Below, piece by piece: positions 26,047-35,303 of a stretch of DNA of 36,582 nucleotides. The DNA is from Deinococcales bacterium (lineage in GTDB: Bacteria; Deinococcota; Deinococci; Deinococcales; JAAFIG01). Position 1 is the stretch's first letter. Each line of letters begins with the position of its first letter. The stretch is from NCBI GenBank assembly GCA_043730305.1, contig JAYTKL010000330.1, forward strand, positions 1-36,582, given 5' to 3'. Below the pieces are notes generated by a model. It was not told where the DNA came from, searched no databases, and saw nothing but the letters and a program-made list of their open reading frames with translations. Both the position numbers and the translations under genes were made by a program.

Positions 26047-28767
26047 TCAACGCGGCAACACGAGTTTGGCAGTGACCTCATCTAAGTTATCACGGAAATC
26101 TTGGCGCACTGGCAGGTTGTTATTTTCGAGCGTCAGAATGGCTTTTTGGTAGTGCATTAGTGCGTTTTGATGTTGACCGAGTTCGTAATAAATCACACCC
26201 AAATTATTTAACGCAATGGCGACACTGGTTGGGTTCTCGAGTTGTTGTTGAAGTTCTAAACTTCTAGTTTGAAATCCAAGTGCTTTCTGGAATTGATTTC
26301 GCTGCCCGTAGTACATGCCAATGTTGGTCAGCACCCGTGCCATACCTTGAACATCACCGAGGGTTTCACGGATGCTCAAGCATTCCAACAGATGGCTTTC
26401 GGCTTTGGAGTCGTTTAACGCCATGTAAACCACACCCATGCCACCAATAGAATCTGCCAGCCCACTTTGATTGCCTGTGGCGCGTCGAATCCGTCCCGCT
26501 TTTTTGTGATACTCGAGCGCCGCTTGGTACTCTTTTTTGTGCTCCGCAAAAAATCCGAGCAAATTGCACGTTTCGCTGATAGCATTTTGAGCTTTTAGCG
26601 TATTTTGGTTTTCCAGAATCTCGAGGGCGTTTTCCAAAATAATTTTGGATTGGTCAAAATCGCGGTATTCGCGTTGCAAAATCCAAGCCCTGGTGTTGAG
26701 CAATCTGGCTTTCAAGACGGGTTCTAAACTGTTGGAAATACTGGCGGCAGTCTCGAGTTCTTCGAGGGCTTGTTGATGTCGTCCAAAATTCTCTAAGGTG
26801 TTGGCGGTTTCCAGGAACACTTCGGCTCTGGCATCGGTGTTTTGTGCGGTGTTCAAGCTGCGCTCGAGCCATTTTAACGCTTCGGTTAAATCTCCGCGCC
26901 CAGCTTGAGCGCGACCAAATTCGAGAAAAAATTGCTGTGCGTGTTGTTCGTCTTTTTCATCCCAGACGCTTTTGGCTTCCCAGTAATGTCGTGCGGTGTG
27001 TTGGTCTTTGATTTGCGCGGCGCGGTAATGCAGTAAAATGCGTCTTGAAGGACTTAATTCGCTTTCGACCACTTCGCGGACAATGTCGTGAACAAAAGTT
27101 ATTTGATTGTTTTCAATGCTCACCAGCGCCGCGTGCTCCAATTCCTCGAGTGCCAAGTTTAGTTCCTCGAGCGAACGTCCTGAGATGCTGCGCAAGTGGG
27201 CGAATGTGGCAAGGTTACGAATGCAGAGCGCCTCGAGCACTTGTTGGGCGGGTTCGCTTAAACTTTGCAAGCGCAATAGCACCATTTCAACGGCTTTGGT
27301 TTCGCCGCTGACAGCAAATTGCAGCAACTCGAGCACAAAGAATGCGTTACCGCCAGAGCGTTTTAACAAAGCGGGAATGTCCACTTGTTTGGCATCTAAA
27401 GACAACGCCAATGTTCTGATTGCGCTTTCGGACAAGGCGTTTAAGGTCAGGTGCTTGGCTTGGTACGGGTTAAGCAGGGTTTCAACTTGGTTGCGTGATG
27501 CTTGCAAGTTGCGTTTGGTCAACATCAATTTGAGCGTACTTTGGGTTGTGCGCTCGAGCAAGAACACCAGAAACTCGAGGCTGGCAGTGTCAATCCATTG
27601 CGCGTCATCAATCACCAGCACGGTGCAAGAATTGGGCAGCAAGCTTTTCACGGCGTTAAAGAGCACCAGAGACTCGAGGGTTATATTTAAACCTACTTCG
27701 ATCAAATCTGGCACTAGGTTTGCCAGGGCGGCTTGTTCACTGACGTTTAAACGTTGCACGGCATCTGGGAATTGTTTGAAATGCTGACGTACCAGTGACT
27801 CGAGCACACTGTAGCGCAAACTTTCTTGATGGCAGCGTAACCATATGATGCTGTGCTGTTCAAGGGCATGGCAAACCTCGAGCGCCAGTCGTGATTTGCC
27901 CGCGCCTGGTTCGCCGTGGATCACCACAACCCGTTCGTTGCGCAGAAAGTCCACAATGGTTCGCAACTCGGTTTCGCGCCCGACAAACGGCACTTGATGG
28001 CGTTCGGTGGGTGTGCTGGTTTTCACACCCAACTCGAGTTGCAAGGCGGCACGACACGCCTCAAATTGCGCAGAACGCACCAATTCGAGGGCATCTTTGG
28101 TGCGTTGGCTGGGTTGAACCCCCAGTTCATCTTGCAAAACTTTGCTTAACGTGTTGTACGCCAGCGCCGCCTGATCGGTTTTGCGACTTGCGCCACATGC
28201 CAGAATCAAATGACGGCAAGCATCCTCGAGCGGGTCGCCGCCCTGGCTTTGTGTCACCTCGAGATAAGTGACTGCCGTTTCGTAATTGCCGAGTTGCAAT
28301 TGCGTCCGCCCCAATCTGGCGGCAAATTCGCGGCGTTCAAAAATCAGGGATTCTCGAGTGGCGTACAACCAATCTTCAAATTCTGCGCCCAAACCCAATT
28401 CCCAATCGGTCAATCGCAAACCCGTCAGAAAACCACCGCGCCATAAGTTCCAAATTGTTTCATCGGTTTGGCTTGCACCGACCCGCCACTCGAGCACATC
28501 ACACGCAATATTTTTCCCCAAAGCCAGCGAATCCGCATCCACCTCGAGCGCGTCTTGCCCAAGGGCTTTGACCACCAGATTTCGCGCCACCGAAATGTTA
28601 TTTAGGGCATTCGGCGCTTCAGACCACAAAATATTGCCCAGCACCCGCCTTGAGGTTCGACCCTCGAGCGCGAGGTAAGCCAGCATCGAAATGTGCTTCA
28701 CACCAAGTTTGACCGCCCGACCAGAAACGGTCAGGTTGGGTGTGCCGAGCAGTTCGAGACGGAGCAT
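26047..28767 (-). CDS. SARP/BTAD-AAA(STAND)-TPR transcriptional regulator (AfsR-like architecture)
   Basis: N-terminal LRLELLG.P...MLAYLALEG..SR..L...LW; BTAD FEDWL...RE and DPLE...L.DELGVQPS; PFVGRETEL, Walker A GEPGAGKS, Walker B VIDDAQWID, SGGNAFF, FVHD; C-terminal TPRs. Confidence 0.9.
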   Translation of the reverse strand: MLRLELLGTPNLTVSGRAVKLGVKHISMLAYLALEGRTSRRVLGNILWSEAPNALNNISVARNLVVKALGQDALEVDADSLALGKNIACDVLEWRVGASQTDETIWNLWRGGFLTGLRLTDWELGLGAEFEDWLYATRESLIFERREFAARLGRTQLQLGNYETAVTYLEVTQSQGGDPLEDACRHLILACGASRKTDQAALAYNTLSKVLQDELGVQPSQRTKDALELVRSAQFEACRAALQLELGVKTSTPTERHQVPFVGRETELRTIVDFLRNERVVVIHGEPGAGKSRLALEVCHALEQHSIIWLRCHQESLRYSVLESLVRQHFKQFPDAVQRLNVSEQAALANLVPDLIEVGLNITLESLVLFNAVKSLLPNSCTVLVIDDAQWIDTASLEFLVFLLERTTQSTLKLMLTKRNLQASRNQVETLLNPYQAKHLTLNALSESAIRTLALSLDAKQVDIPALLKRSGGNAFFVLELLQFAVSGETKAVEMVLLRLQSLSEPAQQVLEALCIRNLATFAHLRSISGRSLEELNLALEELEHAALVSIENNQITFVHDIVREVVESELSPSRRILLHYRAAQIKDQHTARHYWEAKSVWDEKDEQHAQQFFLEFGRAQAGRGDLTEALKWLERSLNTAQNTDARAEVFLETANTLENFGRHQQALEELETAASISNSLEPVLKARLLNTRAWILQREYRDFDQSKIILENALEILENQNTLKAQNAISETCNLLGFFAEHKKEYQAALEYHKKAGRIRRATGNQSGLADSIGGMGVVYMALNDSKAESHLLECLSIRETLGDVQGMARVLTNIGMYYGQRNQFQKALGFQTRSLELQQQLENPTSVAIALNNLGVIYYELGQHQNALMHYQKAILTLENNNLPVRQDFRDNLDEVTAKLVLPR

Positions 28768-28816
28768 TGAAAATCAGTTTACTGGAAAGTTGCGCTTGAG
28801 GTTGTGATGCTCGAGA

Positions 28817-29317
28817 TTAATCTTCAATCTCAACTTCCTCGAGTTGCCAATTTTTGCGCCAATCTTCTAACGCTGTGCGAATCACGCCGCTCGAGAAACC
28901 ACGGCGCATCATGAACCCGTAAGCCTTCTCGTAAGCTCGAGCGCCAGTCCATTTGTAAGATTGTTTTTCCACCAGGGCAAACGCATTCTCGAGTTCATCG
29001 GCGTTTGAACGTTCCATCAGGGCATCTTCGACAATGTGACGGTTCACGCCTCGAGATGCCAGTTTTTGGCTTATTGCAAATTTGCCTTTTGACGTGTCTC
29101 TGGCGGCAGATTCAGCAATGGCTTGGTCAGACAAGAATTTGAGTTCTATTAATTTCTCGAGCGTCTGAAGTGCAACTTCTTCGCTCGCGCCGCGTTGCCG
29201 CAATTTGCGATTCAATTCGTGTTTGGTTAGAGCGCGTGCCGCCAACGCCCGAATCGCGTATTGCATCGCGTCAGGAGCTTTGAGTGAATTGGGTTCTGGT
29301 CTGGCTTTCCAATTCAT
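28817..29317 (-). CDS. recX: Regulatory protein RecX
   Basis: YAIRALAARALT..EL..KL..RG, L.D...AE, G...I.QKL.SRGV, FMMRRGF. Start overlaps the amidase stop (ATGA). Confidence 0.85.
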   Translation of the reverse strand: MNWKARPEPNSLKAPDAMQYAIRALAARALTKHELNRKLRQRGASEEVALQTLEKLIELKFLSDQAIAESAARDTSKGKFAISQKLASRGVNRHIVEDALMERSNADELENAFALVEKQSYKWTGARAYEKAYGFMMRRGFSSGVIRTALEDWRKNWQLEEVEIED

Positions 29318-30498
29318 TTTTTCAGATGCAAGAATTTGAGAATGCCATTCGCAATGCCTCTCGCCACTTTTTGCGAGTAACGTTGCGTGGCTAGGTTGCG
29401 TCCTTCGGTGGGGTGCGTGCCAAAACCAATTTCGGTCAGAATGGCTGGGATTCTGGCAAAACGAATCACCCAAAGCGAGTTTGGGTGTACACCCCTCGAG
29501 CGAGCGCCCGTCTGCGCCAGAAGGTTGGCTTGCACATCTTTTGCCAAGATTCTTGAGAATTTCAGGTTTTCTTGCACCAGTTGGTCGTTGATCAAATCCC
29601 TGGCAGCGTTGCGGGTTTGACGGGTCAGTTCGCGTCCGATGCTGCCGCCACCGTTTTCGCGTTCGGCTTGCGCCAAGGTGCTCGATTCGAGCGGTTCGCC
29701 AAAAACGTAGGTTTCGATGCCTTGAGCGCTCGAGACACCTCCGTTCACATGAATCGAAACAAAAACATTGCGATCTGTGGAAGCCATATTTGCCCGCCAT
29801 GAAAGATCTTTGCGTTTCTCGAGGATGCTTGGGGTTTTTTGCATTGCATAATCGCCAGTGCGGGTCATGACCACGTTGACGCCTGCGGCTTGCAGCAACG
29901 CCCGAACTTTTAAACCAACATCCAGAGTCACTCGCTTTTCGACCACGTAACCAGACATGCCAGAATCAATGCCACCGTGTCCAGGGTCGAGCACCACTGT
30001 GTATTTGCGTTTTGGAGGACTGGCGACAGGTGGTTTGGTTTTGGTCACTACGTTCACAATGGTTGAATTGATGGTTTTGGCGCTTGTTCCCAATTTCGCG
30101 CCAACATCAACCACCACACGGTACGGGTTCTCACCATCGGCATCGAGCGCAAACACGCGGTAGCCTTTGTTAACCCCAAGATCAAAAGTGGTTTTTAAGA
30201 TCAGGTTGGCGCTGCCCGCATCCGGCTGGAGCTTCCAGGTTGCCACCTCACTCGTGTTACTCGAGCCTGAGACTTCGGTGGCGGTGGCGGGTTTTAAGTG
30301 CAGGATCAATGTACGCCCATTGACGTTCAAAAGCCATCTGGGTTTGCTGGGGGCATCCATCACGATTCGGGTGAAACCTTCCTCGGGATGGGCTGCCAGA
30401 CGTGGTGTGCCGACGCCGTTGGCTTGCGCCAGTAAGGGTGAAGCCAGCAGCAAGGAAATGGCTGCAATGATTAAAAGTGGGATAAAACCAAACCGCAT
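29314..30498 (-). CDS. N-acetylmuramoyl-L-alanine amidase (AMIN + Amidase_3)
   Basis: Signal peptide; TRIVMD/RVVVD AMIN-like region; VVLDPGHGGID, EKRVTL, FVSIHVN, PAILTEIGF. TATACT -10 box 6 nt before the ATG. Confidence 0.92.
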   Translation of the reverse strand: MRFGFIPLLIIAAISLLLASPLLAQANGVGTPRLAAHPEEGFTRIVMDAPSKPRWLLNVNGRTLILHLKPATATEVSGSSNTSEVATWKLQPDAGSANLILKTTFDLGVNKGYRVFALDADGENPYRVVVDVGAKLGTSAKTINSTIVNVVTKTKPPVASPPKRKYTVVLDPGHGGIDSGMSGYVVEKRVTLDVGLKVRALLQAAGVNVVMTRTGDYAMQKTPSILEKRKDLSWRANMASTDRNVFVSIHVNGGVSSAQGIETYVFGEPLESSTLAQAERENGGGSIGRELTRQTRNAARDLINDQLVQENLKFSRILAKDVQANLLAQTGARSRGVHPNSLWVIRFARIPAILTEIGFGTHPTEGRNLATQRYSQKVARGIANGILKFLHLKK

Positions 30499-30583
30499 AA
30501 CAACAGTATAGTGCGATTTGGTCATTCTGTCTGCCCAGATGTTGTACGTTGGGAAATTGTTACTGACTCGAGCAAATCCAAAC

Positions 30584-31618
30584 TTATTTTTCAACAAACA
30601 CAAGCCCAGTGGTATCAGGGGCGAATTTCACTTGATTACCAGCAACGTTCAGCAAGCTCGAGAGGCGCACAGTTTGAAGGTTGATTCGAACCAGATCATC
30701 TTCTGAAACGCCAGTGGTTTGGGTGGAAATCATCCAATCTTTGATTGATCCCAGGTTATCGTTTTTGGCTTTGGCGTTCAGGTAACTGATGGCGCGTCTG
30801 AACAATTTGGGCAGAATCAATGCGCCGCGTTCATTCACCGAATCTTTATTCACAAGTTTGAAATTGGCACTGGCATCACGCGCCCAAACGCCCAATTTGG
30901 AGGCTCGAGCTTGCACAGTCAGACCACGCAAGAAACTGCGGTGCGATTCTGGGGTGCTCGAGTAGACGGTCAGGTACGCCATGCCATTTAGAAGTTGTTT
31001 GGCATTCAAAGTTTTTTGCAAGATGGCGTCAGTCACTTTAATTCGTGTTCCATCGGTCAAATTTTTGGCATCATTCTCGAGCAGGACATAACTGATCGGG
31101 CGACCATTGACTTCGGCGGCGTTGGATAAAATCGCGCCCCGCACGGTTTGCACGCTGGCAGAAGTCACGGTTGCCCCGTCGTTTCTAAACTGCGGGTCTT
31201 TAAAACCCATCAGTTTTAACAGCGCATCTCGAGATTCGCTGCCCATAGGTTGGGCGGCTCCCAGGTAATGCAATTCTGGCGCGTCAATGGCTTCAAACCG
31301 CAGTTGCACTGAATTGTCTTTGGAAAGTCGAACCCGCGAGTTGTTTTTGAGTTGACCAAACAAACTTGTGTTATCGGCAACAAAGCGCACGCTGTCGCCG
31401 TCGGGTTGCTTGCCAACAATCACGAACGCACCGCGAATCAACAAAAACCCTGGTGCGTTTGCGGTCTGATTTGAATTCGGGCTGGGTTTGATTTGAGGAC
31501 TTAAAATTGGTGGATTGCTGCTCGGGTTTGAAGCTCGAGGCGCAAGCAGCACCCAAGCCAGAAATGCACCGAGCAGCAAGGTTAAAAGCGGAAATAACCA
31601 CGGGGTTTTCAGAAACAC
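30584..31618 (-). CDS. Membrane-anchored thermonuclease (SNase-like) family protein
   Basis: N-terminal TM segment; PDGDSVRF, LRFEAIDAPE, GRPISY, LN..L.NGMAY, AR..KLGVW motifs. Confidence 0.8.
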   Translation of the reverse strand: MFLKTPWLFPLLTLLLGAFLAWVLLAPRASNPSSNPPILSPQIKPSPNSNQTANAPGFLLIRGAFVIVGKQPDGDSVRFVADNTSLFGQLKNNSRVRLSKDNSVQLRFEAIDAPELHYLGAAQPMGSESRDALLKLMGFKDPQFRNDGATVTSASVQTVRGAILSNAAEVNGRPISYVLLENDAKNLTDGTRIKVTDAILQKTLNAKQLLNGMAYLTVYSSTPESHRSFLRGLTVQARASKLGVWARDASANFKLVNKDSVNERGALILPKLFRRAISYLNAKAKNDNLGSIKDWMISTQTTGVSEDDLVRINLQTVRLSSLLNVAGNQVKFAPDTTGLVFVEK

Positions 31619-31638
31619 GGTTTTAGTGTACTCGAGAT

Positions 31639-33240
31639 TTAAGGCGTAACAGTCCGAATCTGATTCTTGCCCGCACTTTTGCCCGATAAAAGCATCGTGT
31701 CGGCTTTGGCAATCACGGCTTCAACGCTGGTTTCGTCGGTCACAAATGCCACGCCGATGGTTGCCCCCAATTGATGCTCGCCGGCGCTCGAGACAATGGG
31801 CGTGTTGTAAATCGCAAACCGTACCCGCTCGAGAAAACCGCTGGCTTCTTTGGGGCTGATGCCTGGAAGCAATATGACAAATTCGTCACCGCCCAAACGT
31901 CCGATCAAATCGCTGGCACGCAAGGTGTTGCTGATTCGCTGGGCGGCGATGGTCAGCACCTCATCGCCCGCTTTGTGCCCCCAAAAATCGTTGACGCCTT
32001 TAAAACCATCCAAGTCGAGCAACGCCACGGTCACGGGTTGCTGGTTTTTTCTCGAGGCTAATAGTTGCGCATTGGCGCGTTTGATAAATTCGCTACGGTT
32101 TAATAAGCCCGTTAACGAATCGACGCTGGCTTGTCGCATCAGGGTTGAAAGCGGCTTGGTGATCCTGAACGCTAAAGGAATCGCTATCAGCCACGTGAGC
32201 AAACTAATGCCAACCACTTGCCAAACATACCTGGAAGCTCGAGCGTTGATTTCGCCCGTAAAATCATTAACTGGCGCGTGCAAACCGATCAACCATTTTG
32301 TGCCGTAGCCTATCGAGAACGGGCTGAGCATTCCGTACTCGAGGGTACTGCCCGCCTTAAACTCGAAGAAGTTGCGATTGGAATTGAGTGCCGTCAAACT
32401 CGAGCGTTTCAGCAGTGCCTGAACCGCTTGATTGCCAATGCTTTCAATTTTGGGCAGCGCGGGTTTGTCGGTTTTTTTGGATTCCTCGAGCAAAATCTTT
32501 GCCAAATTTGGAAATGCTATGGCACTACTTTCTCGATCCATGATAAATGCCTGCCCGTGTTCGCTGATCGGGATTCGTTCAATAAACTCTGAAAGTTCGG
32601 TGATTTCAACATCAACCCCAACCACGCCCTGCAACTTTCCAGCAGCATTCAAAACTGGGGTTGCCGAGGTGACGCCAGGTTTTTTGGAGGTAAAAAAGAC
32701 GTAAGGTCCAGTCCAAATTTGTTGTTTGGCACTGACTGCCCCCTTGTACCAGGGGCGCGTTCGAGGGTCGAAGGTGTCCATCAAATCGGTTTTCTGCACA
32801 ATTTGTTTTAAATTGCTGGTTCGAGAGGTCAAGCGCACCACCCGCCCACCAGTGACCCGAATGTCTTTGGTCAAAAATCCAGTTGCGTCACGTTTGACGT
32901 ACAAAAACTCGCCGCTGGGCTTTGCCAAATAAATGCCGTTGAGCTGATCTTGACTTTGCAGTTGCGATAAAAAATAACGCTCGAGCTTGGCGTTGTCGTT
33001 TAAATCAAACACGCCCTGCGCCAGCATTCGCATCGTCAGTTGCGCACTGCGTTCGGCGGGTTGGACAAAACGCAACGAGTTCTCGGCGGCACTTTCGACC
33101 AGATGGTGCATGACCACCCGCGCATGATCGCGCAGCACGCCTTCGGTGTTGGCTCGAGATGATGCCAGCACCCCAATGAGCGTCAGGAGTTGAACAACCA
33201 GCAACACGGCGATCAAAATGTAACGCAACCAGGGCAACAT
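31639..33240 (-). CDS. Diguanylate cyclase with dCache sensor domain
   Basis: Two TM segments flanking FDPRTRPWY/WTGPY dCache motifs; DSLTGLLNR, DLDGFK.VND..GH..GD and GRLGGDEF. Confidence 0.93.
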   Translation of the reverse strand: MLPWLRYILIAVLLVVQLLTLIGVLASSRANTEGVLRDHARVVMHHLVESAAENSLRFVQPAERSAQLTMRMLAQGVFDLNDNAKLERYFLSQLQSQDQLNGIYLAKPSGEFLYVKRDATGFLTKDIRVTGGRVVRLTSRTSNLKQIVQKTDLMDTFDPRTRPWYKGAVSAKQQIWTGPYVFFTSKKPGVTSATPVLNAAGKLQGVVGVDVEITELSEFIERIPISEHGQAFIMDRESSAIAFPNLAKILLEESKKTDKPALPKIESIGNQAVQALLKRSSLTALNSNRNFFEFKAGSTLEYGMLSPFSIGYGTKWLIGLHAPVNDFTGEINARASRYVWQVVGISLLTWLIAIPLAFRITKPLSTLMRQASVDSLTGLLNRSEFIKRANAQLLASRKNQQPVTVALLDLDGFKGVNDFWGHKAGDEVLTIAAQRISNTLRASDLIGRLGGDEFVILLPGISPKEASGFLERVRFAIYNTPIVSSAGEHQLGATIGVAFVTDETSVEAVIAKADTMLLSGKSAGKNQIRTVTP

Positions 33241-33354
33241 GAAATCCTCGAGAACACGACCGATTTAAACCATCAGTCACAAACGAGTGTTCGTTAGACT
33301 GTGGCTCAGCTTACGCAAAATGGTGATCAAAACACAAGTTTATTGCAGTCGATT

Positions 33355-34839
33355 TTATTGCAGGCTGTCACGAATAAACGCGCTCAAATCGGTTTTGAGT
33401 TGCGCCAAACTTGGCGCGTGAACGTACATCATGTGACCCGCAGGGTAAAAGGTCATACGAATGTTCGGTTCGAGGCTGGGGTCCAAAGACAGGTGTTTAA
33501 AAGTGTAATCGGTGGCAAAATACGGCGTTGCCAGATCAAAATAACCGTTTGCCACAATGACTTTTAGGTTTGGGTTGCTGCTCATGGCTTTGCGCATGGT
33601 TTCAGAAACATTGACAAAACGATTCTCAAATTCTTTGTATGACCAGGGTCTGACCGCGCCGGTCAAAATGTTGTACGGCAAATCGGATTCAAAACCAAGC
33701 TCACTTCGCACGTAATGGTTGAGCGCCGCAGAATACGCGCCCGTGATCGCGGCATGGCTTGGATCAAACTCAAAATACTGTCCCGCCGCGTCACGGTCAA
33801 TGCCTTTAAAACGGCTGTCGAGCCGCCCCACGGTGCGCCCAGAATCCCGCAGCAATTCTTTGCAAAAGCGCATGATCTCGAGCCTTAAATCGCAACGATC
33901 CAAGAAAGTTTCAGAAATGCCTGTAAATTTTGAGAGTTGCTTCAAGACTGTGGCACGCTCTTTGGCACTCAAACTCGAGCCTTTAAAAAGCGCCGCCGCG
34001 TAATCGCCAGCCGCGAATTCCTCGGCAAGCTTGAGGGTCTTGGACAGGTCTTTTTGCAAGCTCGGCTCGAGTTTCTGGTGATACCAAGCCGTTGCCGTGT
34101 AGGTTGGTACATACAAAATGTAGGGCAGGTCATGCCCAGGCTCGAAAACCGCCGTCGAAAATTCCAGAATACTCGAGATCAACATCAAACCGTTCAGGTA
34201 CAAACCGTGACGGTCTTGAAGATAACCGCTCAAACCCGCCGCTCGGGTTGTGCCGTACGACTCGCCCGCCAAAAATTTGGGCGACAACCAACGCTGATGG
34301 CGGCTGGTGTACAAACGAATAAAATCGCCCACCGATTCGATATCGGCTTGAAAACCATGAAAATCCTTGGCTTTCACACCCTCGCTCGCCCTCGAGAAAC
34401 CCGTGCTGACCGGATCGATAAACACCAGATCGGTTGAATCCAAAATCGAAAACTCGTTGTCTTCAAGACCATACGGCGGCGGCAACAGCGCGTCCACATC
34501 GCCCATGCGCACCTTGCGCGGACCGAGCGCACCCAAATGCAACCAGACGCTCGAGCTGCCAGGACCACCGTTAAACGAGAACGTGATCGGGCGTTTGGTG
34601 ATGTCTTTCACGCCATTCTTGGTGTACGCCGTAAAAAACACGCTGGCTCGAGCCGCCTCGGGTTTGGTCTCAGTCTCGCGGTCGGTGGTTTCGGTTTTTA
34701 AAACCATTGTTCCAGTCGTGACCGTGTACTTGATTTCCTGCCCACCAATTCGCACAGAATGCTTGCTGGTGCTGATGTTGTCCGTCACGGGCGCTGGCGG
34801 GGCGGCTTTGGCATCCTCGGGTTTAGAATTTTCAGACAT
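33355..34839 (-). CDS. S10 family serine carboxypeptidase
   Basis: FNGGPGSSS, FIDPVSTGFS, GESYG nucleophile, GYFDLATP, YPAGHMMY. Confidence 0.93.
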   Translation of the reverse strand: MSENSKPEDAKAAPPAPVTDNISTSKHSVRIGGQEIKYTVTTGTMVLKTETTDRETETKPEAARASVFFTAYTKNGVKDITKRPITFSFNGGPGSSSVWLHLGALGPRKVRMGDVDALLPPPYGLEDNEFSILDSTDLVFIDPVSTGFSRASEGVKAKDFHGFQADIESVGDFIRLYTSRHQRWLSPKFLAGESYGTTRAAGLSGYLQDRHGLYLNGLMLISSILEFSTAVFEPGHDLPYILYVPTYTATAWYHQKLEPSLQKDLSKTLKLAEEFAAGDYAAALFKGSSLSAKERATVLKQLSKFTGISETFLDRCDLRLEIMRFCKELLRDSGRTVGRLDSRFKGIDRDAAGQYFEFDPSHAAITGAYSAALNHYVRSELGFESDLPYNILTGAVRPWSYKEFENRFVNVSETMRKAMSSNPNLKVIVANGYFDLATPYFATDYTFKHLSLDPSLEPNIRMTFYPAGHMMYVHAPSLAQLKTDLSAFIRDSLQ

Positions 34840-34945
34840 GAATAAGCTTAACCCTGGGAACGAAATTCATGCTCGTCTCGTAAAGAGCGTTAGAGTAGAA
34901 CCATGCACCTCGAGCCAAACGCTCGAGCATTCAAGGAGGAAAACC

Positions 34946-35278
34946 ATGAAGCACTTGAAATACTGGGGATTGGCAATCGTGGCAGCAATCGTTTTTACCG
35001 CCTGTAGCGCAGAACAACAAAATACATTCAGACGTGACGTGCTGAACCTGGCAAACGCCAGACATTACATTATCTTGTACGGCGTGAACGGCAGCGAACT
35101 TTTCAGGGGCGAATTGAACGGTAAAGTCACTCGAGCCGAAAAGGGTGAAGGCGGCAATGGTGGCGAGTACGTGTACTGGTTTGACCCTGCCGGAAAATAC
35201 TGGCAAACCGATTTGCCGTACTTGGTGACAACCGACAACAACCGTACCGGTGTGCTGACCAGCCCATTGAAGCGCTAA
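34946..35278 (+). CDS. Small lipoprotein of unknown function
   Basis: AAGGAGG RBS; MKHLKYWGLAIVAAIVFTAC lipobox. Confidence 0.75.
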   Translation: MKHLKYWGLAIVAAIVFTACSAEQQNTFRRDVLNLANARHYIILYGVNGSELFRGELNGKVTRAEKGEGGNGGEYVYWFDPAGKYWQTDLPYLVTTDNNRTGVLTSPLKR

Positions 35279-35303
35279 AAAACTCGAGCTTACCCAAAAG
35301 CGC

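Noticed and set aside
29318-29800. 327-aa version of RecX
   Set aside because: The extension overlaps the amidase in another frame. RecX similarity begins at ATG 29317, which overlaps the amidase stop.
34367-34945. Long N-terminal extension of ORF 34367-35278
   Set aside because: It is antisense to the S10 peptidase. The real gene starts at ATG 34946 with an RBS and lipobox.
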